In this document: one piece after another, positions 20,323-29,542 of the stretch
Numbering within the stretch: the stretch's first letter is position 1
How the letters are laid out: every line of letters begins with the position of its first letter
Source of the DNA: Pirellulales bacterium
Lineage (GTDB): Bacteria; Planctomycetota; Planctomycetia; Pirellulales; PALSA-1355
NCBI GenBank assembly: GCA_963733035.1
Contig: CAVTBU010000009.1
Coordinates: forward strand, 224,001-288,000
Reading direction: 5' to 3'
Length of the DNA stretch: 64,000 bases
Position numbers and translations under genes: made by a program
Notes under the pieces: model-generated
Told to the model about the DNA's origin: nothing
The model's input: the letters and a program-made list of their open reading frames with translations, nothing else
Database searches by the model: none

Positions 20323-20349
20323 GCCCGCTCGGGAATTCGGGCGTTTTTT
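20323..20349 (+). terminator. Probable intrinsic terminator
   Basis: GCCCG…CGGGC stem followed by TTTTTT, directly after the stop codon. Confidence 0.55.
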
Positions 20350-20489
20350 CGCTCACTTATCTTCCCTGAACAAAACAAGTCCGTACTTACGCTTTTTGAC
20401 GGCCGCCAGCGGCACGGCCCCCGTTTTGCGCGATTGTGAAAACCGCGAACTGGAAATTGTACCCGCGGTGTGTTCGAATAGTAGACGAA

Positions 20490-20945
20490 ATGGAAGCTAC
20501 CGCTCCCTTCAACGCCGAATCCTTCGCGCACTCGGTCAGAAGTTCCGGGTGCCTGTCGCTGCGCGAGGTCGCCCGTGCATTGACGCAACTCTACGACGAC
20601 TTGTTGGCGCCGCTCGGACTGCAGGCGACGGAATTGGGGATACTGCGAGTCTGCGCGGCGTCGGGGCCACTTAACATCGCACAGCTTGCCAGCGAGCTCG
20701 AAGCAACACAGTCGCTGATCCAGAGAGCGCTCAAGCCGCTAGTGGCCAAGGGGCTCATTGCCAAGAAACGAGTTGCCGGACACCGCCACCTGTTGCTGGA
20801 ACTGACACCGGACGGTCGGCAAGCGCTCTTGGCCGGCATCGAGCGGTGGGACCAGGCGCAAGAACAGGTCGTCGACGCGCTTGGCCAGGACGGTTGGCAC
20901 CGCATCAGCCAACAATTGGCGACGCTTTGTAACGTGAATGCCTGA
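20490..20945 (+). CDS. MarR-family winged-helix regulator
   Basis: CLSLREVARALTQLYDDLLAPLGL, LKPLVAKGLI, LTPDGR…WDQAQ. Confidence 0.85.
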   Translation: MEATAPFNAESFAHSVRSSGCLSLREVARALTQLYDDLLAPLGLQATELGILRVCAASGPLNIAQLASELEATQSLIQRALKPLVAKGLIAKKRVAGHRHLLLELTPDGRQALLAGIERWDQAQEQVVDALGQDGWHRISQQLATLCNVNA

Positions 20946-21056
20946 CGTTCGCGCGGCAAATCGACCGCTGCGGTTGTGCTATCCTGGAGACGCCTTGCCG
21001 CAGGCCGTTCGCGCGAACGCACAACGATCTGCTTGCCAACCAACGGATAGCCGCCC

Positions 21057-22918
21057 ATGTTCAACGCCGCTCTCGTCGCATTCTTGGTTCTTGTCGCTGC
21101 GCCGCCCGGCGAAGCTGGAAAATACTTCGCGATCTCCGTCCTCGACGCGAGCAGTGGGCGTGGCGTTCCGCTGGTCGAACTGCGAACCGTCGACGGCACG
21201 TCGCATTGGACCGACTCGCAAGGACTCGTCGCCTTTCGCGAGCCCGGGCTGATGAACCAAAAGGTATTCTTCCACGTGCGGAGCGACGGCTACGAATTCC
21301 CGGCTGATGGCTTTGGCTTTCGCGGCAAGACGTTGATGACGACTCCTGGCGGATCGGCCACGTTGCGGATCGTCCGCCGCAATGTGGCCGAGCGGCTTTA
21401 TCGAGTCACGGGCGCCGGCATCTATCGCGATAGTGTGTTGCTGGCGCGACAGATTCCCATTGAAGCGCCGCTGCTCAATGCCCAGGTCGCCGGCAGCGAT
21501 AGCGTCAATTCGATTCTGTTTCGCGGGGTGGTGCATTGGTTTTGGGGAGATACGAACCGCCTGGCCTATCCCTTGGGAGCGTTTCATGTTCCAGGCGCGG
21601 TCTCGAAATTGCCTCTTAGAGGCGGGATCGATCCACGGTCGGGTGTGAATTTGGAGTATTACACTCGCCCGGATGGTTTCGTCGCCAATACGGCCGAGAT
21701 GCCTGGCGACGGACCCACGTGGATCGATGGTCTGTGCGTCGCCAAAGACGCCGATGGTCACCAGCAGATGTATGCCAAGTACGTCAAAGTTCGAAATGGT
21801 CTAGACGTTTACGAACGTGGACTGGTGGAATTCGACGCGCAGCGGAAGAGGTTCGAGAAAGTCGTGACGTTTGAATTTCGCGCGCCGCTCTATCCGTTTG
21901 GACACGCCTTGCCGAGGCAGGTGGCAGGCGTCGACTACATCTACTTCGGCAATCCCGAACCACTGGTGCGCGTGCCAGCTACCGAGGAAGCCCTGCGCGA
22001 TCCGGCGCGCTACGAGGCGTTCACCTGTTTGGCGCCGGAAGCACGCCGGACAAGCCGACCATCGAGCGCGATGCAAGCGGCGCTGTGCAATTCAGTTGGA
22101 AACGCAACATGCCGAAGCCGACACACGCCGACCAGGTGCAGTGGCGGCGCGACGGCAAGCTGAAACCGGGCGAAGAGCTGTTAGCGCTGTACGACGTCGA
22201 AACGGGAAAGCCCGTCACGACGCATGCTGGCTCGGCAGCGTACAACACCTTCCGAAACCGGTTCATCATGATCGCCGAGGAAAGTGGCGGCACATCGTAT
22301 CTTGGCGAAATCTGGTATGCCGAGGCCAATTCGCCCCTCGGACCTTGGGTCTATGCCCGCAAGATCGTCACGCATGAGAAGTACAGTTTTTACAATCCCA
22401 AGCACCATGTGATGTTCGATCAGGAAGCGGGCCGGCGGATCTTTTTTGAAGGGACGTATTCCACCTTTTTTTCCGGCGTCGAACAGCCTACGCCGCGATA
22501 CGACTACAACCAGATCATGTACTCGCTGGAACTGAACGATCCGCGGTTGAATCTGCCAGTACCGGTGTACGAAAGTCGGAAAGCGAGCGGGCCACCGCTT
22601 GCGCTCGACGGAACGGGAACACCCATCTGCATGGCTTGCGACCGGTTGACGAAGGGACTGGTCGCCGTGGGAGAAGCGGCCAGCCTGCCGGGGCGTCTTG
22701 TGCTGGGAGCGAACCCGGCGGCCTTCTATGCATGGCCTGCCGATGATAGCGACGCCCCCGCGACGACGGTGAATTTGTTCGAGTGGGAAAACACCGACGA
22801 CGGTCAGTATCAGTATGCCATCGAGGGTGAAACGGCGCCGGCAGGATTCCGCCGGGCTGAAAAACCACTGTGCCGGGTGTGGCGGTATCCTCTGCTGTTC
22901 GATTTGCCGCGCGAGTGA
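21057..22918 (+). CDS. Secreted hypothetical protein (frameshift at ~22038)
   Basis: Signal peptide, GRGVPLVEL.T, WFWGDT, GEIWYAEA.SP.GPW, YSFYNP, TPRYDYNQIMY. Adding one G joins LAPG to STPDKP. Confidence 0.75.
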
Positions 22919-23065
22919 TGACGGCTGAACTGCCCTTCGTCCGGCTTGCTTTTGACCATCGACTGGAACCGCGCGACAAGGGCGTCTACTTTACCCAGTC
23001 GAGCATTGGGTGGAAAATGGGGCCATTGCCCCCTGAAGCCGCATACCCCCACATTGCCGATCCGC

Positions 23066-24112
23066 ATGGCGTTGCAAACGAATTGCCCGCACTGTCAGAC
23101 GCCTCTGTTGTTGCCCGACGGTTGCGGCAGTCAGACAACTCGTTGTCCCAGTTGCATGCAAATGTTCGTGATTCCTGGCGCGGCTCCGCAGGTGGCGGCT
23201 CCGCCGACTTCGGACCTCGCCCCCGTGGGCGACGAGGAGTTGACCGAAGACGACTTGAAGCGCGCCGAGGAGCGACTGGCGGAACTCACTGCCGAAAACG
23301 TGGGTTTGCAATTGGAGCTGGCCCGGCGGTTGCGACTGCGCAACAAGCTGACGATGCAAACTGTCTGGCTGCGGCGCTTTCAGATGGGCCGCCGGACGCT
23401 CGACCACTCGATCGGTCGCATCGGCGGATTCTTCGTGTCGATCGTGTTGGCGGCGGCACTCGCGATCGTGCTGTTCAGCATCATCGGACTGTCGGCGTTT
23501 GGCTACTTCGTGGTGGTCGTGTTGGCGATGATCGTCACTTGCGTGGTCTACATCCCGTTTTCGTTCTATCCGGACGACGTGCAATTGGCCTTGCTGCTTC
23601 CGCGGCAGGAAGAGCGACTGGCCGATACCACGGCGTCGTACAATCAAATGGTGGCTACGGAAGCCGCCCAGCGCGAGCACCTGGTAGCAGCGGAGGACGA
23701 GTTCAAACGGGTTCGCGCGGCCGTGTCGAGCCGGCTGGCCTGGCTGCGTAAGTGCCAGTGGCAAGCGATGAATGCCAAGACACTGGTCCGGTTCTTGGAG
23801 CAAGTCTTTCAGGAACACGGCTACGCGGTCGAGCAAACCGGCAAGATGGGCCAACAGGGGATCGACTTGGTCGTTACGCGGAGCGGCTCGCGTGTCGCGG
23901 TGCAAGTGAAAGGCATTCAGGTGGGCACCGTCGACGCCCAAGTCGTGCAGCAGACCGACGACGCCAAGGGGCGATTTCAGTGTCCGCGCGCGGCCGTGAT
24001 CACCAACGCCCAATTTCTGCCGTCAGCACGACAATTGGCGGATAAGCTGGGCGTGCAATTAATCGACGCCGGTGGAATTCCGGATTTGATCGAAGGGCAA
24101 GTTGCGTTGTAG
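23066..24112 (+). CDS. Membrane-anchored Mrr-like restriction-endonuclease-domain protein with N-terminal zinc ribbon
   Basis: CPHC…CPSC, coiled coil, two TM helices, then GYAVEQT…GIDLVV…VAVQVK…AAVITNAQF..SARQLA..LGVQLID. Confidence 0.82.
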   Translation: MALQTNCPHCQTPLLLPDGCGSQTTRCPSCMQMFVIPGAAPQVAAPPTSDLAPVGDEELTEDDLKRAEERLAELTAENVGLQLELARRLRLRNKLTMQTVWLRRFQMGRRTLDHSIGRIGGFFVSIVLAAALAIVLFSIIGLSAFGYFVVVVLAMIVTCVVYIPFSFYPDDVQLALLLPRQEERLADTTASYNQMVATEAAQREHLVAAEDEFKRVRAAVSSRLAWLRKCQWQAMNAKTLVRFLEQVFQEHGYAVEQTGKMGQQGIDLVVTRSGSRVAVQVKGIQVGTVDAQVVQQTDDAKGRFQCPRAAVITNAQFLPSARQLADKLGVQLIDAGGIPDLIEGQVAL

Positions 24113-24139
24113 CACGGATGGTTGGCGGGACCAAAATGC

Positions 24140-25504
24140 TCAGATCAATTCGCGAATCGGTTCACCGGTCGAAAGGATGTGTTGTGGCCGGCCGCTGAAG
24201 TCGGGGATCGTGGCCTTGTAGTCGATGCCGAGGTGCCGGTAGATCGTGGCCAGCAGGTCTTGCGGCGTAAGGGGACGTTCGACGGGGTACTCCGCCTTGG
24301 AGGTTGTGGCGCCGATGACCTGGCCCATGCGAAGTCCGCCACCGGATACCAGCGCGCTCTGGGCGGCTGGCCAATGGTCGCGGCCGAGCACGCCCTGGGG
24401 GCTGGCCAGCCGCGGCGTGCGGCCGAACTCGCCGACCGCCACGACAAGCACCTGTTTGTCGAGCCCTCGCTCGTAAACTTCTTCAACGAGCGCCGAAAGC
24501 CCCTGATCCATGAACGGTGCGCGCCAGCGCATCGCTCCTTCCAAATTCCAACCGGTGGCCGGATTGGAGTGGTCGTCCCAGCTGAAATAAATCGGGTTGG
24601 TCGGCACCGGCGAAAGTGCGTCGATCGTGATCACGCTGACGCCGGCCTCGGCCAGGCGGCGGGCAAGCAGGCAGCTTTGTCCCCAAAGGTGCCGGCCGTA
24701 GCGCTCGCGGGTACGATCCGGCTCTTGTGTCAGCGCGAAGGCGTCGGACACGGCGGTGCTGGTGAGCAATTGAAACGCCTGCTGGCGAAACGCGTCGGTG
24801 GCCTCCACGGCCCCGTGCAAATCGTGGGCGCGGCGGTAGCGGTCGAGCTGCGCGACCAGGCCGCGGCGGTCGTCGAGCCGCGCGCCGTCGATGTCGGCGT
24901 CAAGCGTGAGGTTTGGCGGTTTGAAGTCCGCAACAGACGGATTGCCGGCCGCGAACCCGGCGTGCGTCATGCCCAGGTAGGTCGGCTGCACCATGAACGG
25001 CACGCGTGGAATACCAACATAGCCGGGCAGGCCGTCGGGCGTGCCGCCGCGGAGATGGCTGGCAATCATACCGAAGTCGGGATGGTCGCTCTTGGCGGTC
25101 GAGGTGGGATCTTCCTTGAGCGGGGTCTTGCCGGTGAGCAGCTCGATCGAACCGTCGTTGTGGCTCGACATGTTGTGATGCAGCGACCGGATGAGCGAAA
25201 TGCAGTGCCCCAGTTTCGCCTGCATCGGAAACACCTCGCAGACATCGAGCCCCGGCACCGTGGTATGGATCGGCCGCAGGGGACCGCGGTATTCGCTGGG
25301 AGCGTCAGGCTTGCAGTCCCAGGTTTCAAGCTGGCTGGGGCCGCCCCACATCCAAAACAGAATGACCGACCTGGTCGACGCGGAACCACCAGATGCGGCG
25401 CGGGCCTTGAGCAGCGCCGGCAGCGTAAGCCCGCCGAGCGCCAGCGAACCGATACGCAGAAATTCACGGCGACGAATCGGTCCGCGGCAATAGATGGGCT
25501 GCAT
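24140..25504 (-). CDS. DUF1501-domain protein
   Basis: RRREFLRIG, WMWGGPSQLETWD, CLLARRLAEAGV, WDDH, GEFGRTP, GRDHW. Confidence 0.92.
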   Translation of the reverse strand: MQPIYCRGPIRRREFLRIGSLALGGLTLPALLKARAASGGSASTRSVILFWMWGGPSQLETWDCKPDAPSEYRGPLRPIHTTVPGLDVCEVFPMQAKLGHCISLIRSLHHNMSSHNDGSIELLTGKTPLKEDPTSTAKSDHPDFGMIASHLRGGTPDGLPGYVGIPRVPFMVQPTYLGMTHAGFAAGNPSVADFKPPNLTLDADIDGARLDDRRGLVAQLDRYRRAHDLHGAVEATDAFRQQAFQLLTSTAVSDAFALTQEPDRTRERYGRHLWGQSCLLARRLAEAGVSVITIDALSPVPTNPIYFSWDDHSNPATGWNLEGAMRWRAPFMDQGLSALVEEVYERGLDKQVLVVAVGEFGRTPRLASPQGVLGRDHWPAAQSALVSGGGLRMGQVIGATTSKAEYPVERPLTPQDLLATIYRHLGIDYKATIPDFSGRPQHILSTGEPIRELI

Positions 25505-25560
25505 CCACGAGACTCCCGAAAGGATTGACCCGCGGAAATCAGTGTAGCAAAACCACGCCG

Positions 25561-27012
25561 CTAGTTCACATCCCCCAGCCCGGCGCGATCGGCGGCTTGT
25601 ACGGCCCAGCGCCAGACAGGATAGACGGCGATGCCGGAGCCGACGACAGCCAGCGCGATCGGCAAGAACTTGAATTGAGCCACCAAAACGAACATCCAGC
25701 CCAGAGCGGCAATGATGCTCGGCAGCGGATAGAGCCACATGCGAAACGGTAGTGCCACATCGGGCCGCGTTTTGCGCAAAAGGTGTAAGCCGGCAATCTG
25801 CCCCAAGAACTGCACGACGATCCGCACGACGACGGCGGCGCTAATCACGGCATCAAGCGAAAAGAAGCAGAATACGCCCGTCAGCGCGCCGAGTGAGACG
25901 AGTGCGACCGTGGGGTAACTTCCGCGCGGGTTCAGATGGCCAAACGCGTTAAAGAAGTCGCCATTGCGGGCAGCGGCGTAGAGAATTCGCGAGTAACCCA
26001 ACGTCATCACGAACACGGAGGCCAATGCCGCCCAAATGATAAAAAAGCTGAAGCCGACGGCCACGTTTCGTCCGTAGAGAATCTCCATGAAGTCGGCCGC
26101 GATATTCTTCGATTCCATCACGCGTTCCCACGGCACCACGCCCATGATGGCGATGTTCATGGTCATATAGATCGCCGCCACGACAAGTACTGAGAACATC
26201 ACAGCCCGGGGAATCGTCTTCTCGGGCTCGACGACCTCGTCGCCCATGTGGCAGACGTTGTAGTAGCCGAGGTAATCGTAAATGGCGATCAACATTGCGC
26301 CGCCGAGGCCCACCGCGAACGCCTTGTCGAGCCGGAATGCATCAGGTGGAAAAGTAATCAGTTCGGCATTGAAATTCAGCAGGCCGGCCACAATCACGAT
26401 CAATGTCGTGATCAAGGTACCGGCACAAAGCACCACGGCCAGCCAAGCCAACGAGCGAATGTGACGGCACAGCGAGATACTGATTGCCACCGCGCCCAAA
26501 GCCGCGATAACACTCAACCAGGAGACGCCGCTGGTGACAAGTTCGCCGTCCGCTCCCGTGGTTTGCCATTCGAAGAGTGAAACATCAATCGACGGCACGG
26601 CGTAGGCCAGGTATCCGGCGGCACCAATGTAGCCGGAGGCGAGCTCCAGTGTGCCGCTAATGAGAAACTGCCAGATAAACAAAAACGCGATCAGGCGGCC
26701 GCCGCGATAGCGACCGTAGATTTCGCGGAGGAAGTGATACGTGCCGCCGCTGCCGGGCATGGCTGCACCCAGCTCGCTCCACACCAGACCATCGCACAAC
26801 ACGAGCACGGCGGCGACGATCCAACCAACCAAGGCTTGCGGCCCGCCCATCGAAGCCACAAACAGCGGAATGGTGATGAACGGCCCCACCCCAACCATGT
26901 TGGCCACGTTAAGCGACGTGGCTTGCACCAGACCGATGCCGCGAACGAGATGTTGCGGTTGCTGGTTGGGATCGGCAGGGGAGGGGGCCGGGGCGGACGA
27001 AAGATCGGACAT
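25561..27012 (-). CDS. APC-family amino acid permease
   Basis: NMVGVGPFITIP, ELGAAMPGSGGTY, YDYLGYYNVC; about 12 TM helices. Confidence 0.9.
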   Translation of the reverse strand: MSDLSSAPAPSPADPNQQPQHLVRGIGLVQATSLNVANMVGVGPFITIPLFVASMGGPQALVGWIVAAVLVLCDGLVWSELGAAMPGSGGTYHFLREIYGRYRGGRLIAFLFIWQFLISGTLELASGYIGAAGYLAYAVPSIDVSLFEWQTTGADGELVTSGVSWLSVIAALGAVAISISLCRHIRSLAWLAVVLCAGTLITTLIVIVAGLLNFNAELITFPPDAFRLDKAFAVGLGGAMLIAIYDYLGYYNVCHMGDEVVEPEKTIPRAVMFSVLVVAAIYMTMNIAIMGVVPWERVMESKNIAADFMEILYGRNVAVGFSFFIIWAALASVFVMTLGYSRILYAAARNGDFFNAFGHLNPRGSYPTVALVSLGALTGVFCFFSLDAVISAAVVVRIVVQFLGQIAGLHLLRKTRPDVALPFRMWLYPLPSIIAALGWMFVLVAQFKFLPIALAVVGSGIAVYPVWRWAVQAADRAGLGDVN

Positions 27013-27097
27013 GCGCGTTCTCAACGGGGCCGAGCGGAAAGGCCCAGTATACGCGCGCGGCGCGGCAGGTTAAATCGCAAACGGCTGACGCCGGCGA

Positions 27098-28108
27098 CTA
27101 GTAATCCAACTCGCCGAACGTCCGCACGGAGACGAATAGCACCACGACCGCGAATGCCAGCGAGCTGAGCACCGAAAGCGTCATTGAGAAGCCGTGGTCG
27201 GCCAACAGGCTTGGGTCAAACAACTCGCCAAAGTGGTCCTGAGCTCCGAGCGCGTCGTAAAACAGCACACCCAGGTCCGCGGGTTTCGGCAGAATCCAAT
27301 AGCCCACGTCGATAACCCAACTCAGCAGCGGCGAACGTATTGCCTCGCCCGCCATGTCAGTGGAGGTAAAGAACGCATGGCGGCCGAAGTTCATGCTCCA
27401 GGCCACGCACCAGAATACCAGCGAACCGAACACGCACACGACGGTGCTGCGAGTGCAAACCGCCAACAGAACCGAGAACACAAAGAACACCGAAAAGTGC
27501 AACAGCAAAAGCGGAATTGAAAGCAGGTAGGTTGCGTCCCAAAATCCGGTCCGCAGACCGATGGCCGTCCAGGTGCCAACGACAAACAGCAGTGCGTAGG
27601 CTCCGACGAAGGCCAACACACCCAGGTACTTGCCCAGCAGCAGAACCCAACGGGGCGCAGGCTTGGCCAACAGCACGCTGATCGAGCGGGCATCAAGAAA
27701 CGTAGGCAGAAAACCGGCCGTCCAAATCAGCGCCAGCATCAACCCCAGGGTGTCGGCAACGCCCCCGGCCAACAGAAGCTCCAGAAAGTGAATGGCTCCC
27801 GGCTTGTCGCGGGCGATCGGCACGCTAATCGCCCCAAATGCCAGCGTGAGCGTGCCGCCGGCCACGGTCACACCCGATTGCTCAAGCTTGCGAGTTTCAC
27901 CGGCTTCGGCATCGATGCGCGGCAAGAAGTCAGGCGGGTCGCCGCCAATCGACAGCGTATCGGGCCCGGTCACCCCAACTGTCGCGCAAACCGCGATTGA
28001 GAGCAGACTGATTGCGACCAGCACCACCAGAATTCCATTGGCTCGCGCTTGGCGAAACGTGTCGACAACGAGCCAAGTGAGCGTGGATCGAACCGGAGAG
28101 TCCTTCAT
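27098..28108 (-). CDS. ABC-2-type transporter permease
   Basis: DTFRQA, LLAKPAPRWVLLLGKYLG, YWILPKP; multiple TM helices. Start overlaps the ATPase stop (ATGA). Confidence 0.82.
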   Translation of the reverse strand: MKDSPVRSTLTWLVVDTFRQARANGILVVLVAISLLSIAVCATVGVTGPDTLSIGGDPPDFLPRIDAEAGETRKLEQSGVTVAGGTLTLAFGAISVPIARDKPGAIHFLELLLAGGVADTLGLMLALIWTAGFLPTFLDARSISVLLAKPAPRWVLLLGKYLGVLAFVGAYALLFVVGTWTAIGLRTGFWDATYLLSIPLLLLHFSVFFVFSVLLAVCTRSTVVCVFGSLVFWCVAWSMNFGRHAFFTSTDMAGEAIRSPLLSWVIDVGYWILPKPADLGVLFYDALGAQDHFGELFDPSLLADHGFSMTLSVLSSLAFAVVVLFVSVRTFGELDY

Positions 28109-28885
28109 CGTTTCGCTCCCGCGTAGAGGGCCTCGACGGCGACTTTCGAGCGGCTCGTCCGAGCCATCGTGAGTATTTTCGTGTCCCGCCAAACCGGTGA
28201 TCGTTCCCAGGTAGGCCAAGCGTCCACCGCGGAGCACGGCAACGCGGTCGCACAACCGTTTGACATCGGCCAGCGCGTGCGACACGAGAATTACGCTGTG
28301 GCCCTGACGGCGCCGCTCGCAGATGACTTCGTCGAGCAAGCGCCGGGCAGGCAGGTCCATGCCTTCGGCTGGTTCGTCGAGCACCAACAATCTCGGGTCG
28401 TTGACCAAGGCCTGTGCCAGCGCCAACCGCTGCAACATTCCTTTGCTAAACGTTTCGATGGTTTCGCGGCTGCGGTCGGCCAGGCCCACCCGGTGCAGCA
28501 GCTCTTCGGCCCGTCGGCTCAGCACCCCACGGTCGACGCCCGACATGCGGCCGTAGCCTTCGACCAGTTGCCGGGCATTCAAATAGCGCGGGAAGGCAGG
28601 GTTCTCATGCACATAGCCAACTTGCGCCAACGTGGTGCGCTGCGCGATGGACTGCTCCAGCCGCATGACACGACCTTCGCTGGCGCGACAAATCGACAGC
28701 AGGACCTTGACCAAGGTCGTTTTACCAGCTCGGTTCGGACCGATCAGGCCCAAGACTTCGCCCCATCCCACCACCAGGCTCACGTCGTCCAGGGCCACGA
28801 CCGATCGCTGGCTCCAGCCAACGCGATAGACCTTGCTGACATTCTTGAAGACTGCCGCGGCGCAAGCGCCGAGCCGAATATCCAT
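28105..28885 (-). CDS. ABC transporter ATP-binding protein (apparent fusion to the permease caused by an indel at ~28145)
   Basis: GPNRAGKTT, FSKGMLQR, LVLDEP, VSH. Removing one base gives …EPLEVAVEALYAGAKR* overlapping the permease ATG. Confidence 0.87.
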
Positions 28886-29069
28886 ATCTCGCTCCTTGTT
28901 CGCGGGTCGAAATGCAGTCCGACCCGTGACAAGGTTAGCTTAAAAATGTCGCGAGAATCGGGCGGGAAGCGCGGCCCAACTGGAAAAACCGCTACGATTG
29001 AGCGACCGGCGGCGCGTGGCGTTTCTCAAACGGCACGGCGCCTCGGGTAAGTCGACGGAAACCGAAAAC

Positions 29070-29438
29070 CTAGCGGCCCGCTCGTGCGACCGCCTGCGGC
29101 TCGAGGATGCCCATCAGCGAATCGATGGTCAGAGGCTTTTGGAGGTGCTTGTCAATTGCCGCCTCTTTCCACTTCTGCTCGTCGATCTGGTTGCCGCTGA
29201 CGGACACGAAAGTCGCCTCTTTGAGTCCGGGCACGTCGCGCAACCGGATTGCCAGTTCGTATCCGTTCATGCCGGGCAGATGGATGTCGATGAAGACCGT
29301 TTGCGGCTTGAACTCCCGCACCATGCGCAATGCCGAAGAGCCGTCGTAAGCGACTTGGGTACGATGACCGTACGCTCGAATCAATGCGGCGAACGTCAGA
29401 GCAACGTCGGGGATGTCTTCAACAACCAAAACGTTCAC
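29070..29438 (-). CDS. Single-domain response regulator
   Basis: VLVVED, FIDIHLPGMNG, VSG, HLQKP. Confidence 0.9.
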   Translation of the reverse strand: MNVLVVEDIPDVALTFAALIRAYGHRTQVAYDGSSALRMVREFKPQTVFIDIHLPGMNGYELAIRLRDVPGLKEATFVSVSGNQIDEQKWKEAAIDKHLQKPLTIDSLMGILEPQAVARAGR

Positions 29439-29542
29439 AATGCCCCCCCTCTCTCACCAACTGTATTATACATTGGAGGCGATGGGGCCAATCCCTGATT
29501 TTGTCAGGGCCTGACGCGTTGCGGTCGCAGACAAGCGCGTAT

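Noticed and set aside
24122..25528. Long antisense ORFs (e.g. 24122-25528, 6575-7831, 29810-31039, 1296-2177)
   Set aside because: Shadows of well-supported opposite-strand genes in high-GC DNA, with no recognisable motifs.
27098..28885. Apparent 595-aa ABC ATPase-permease fusion
   Set aside because: Removing one base near 28145 restores a normal ATPase end with an ATGA stop/start overlap; most likely an indel artefact.
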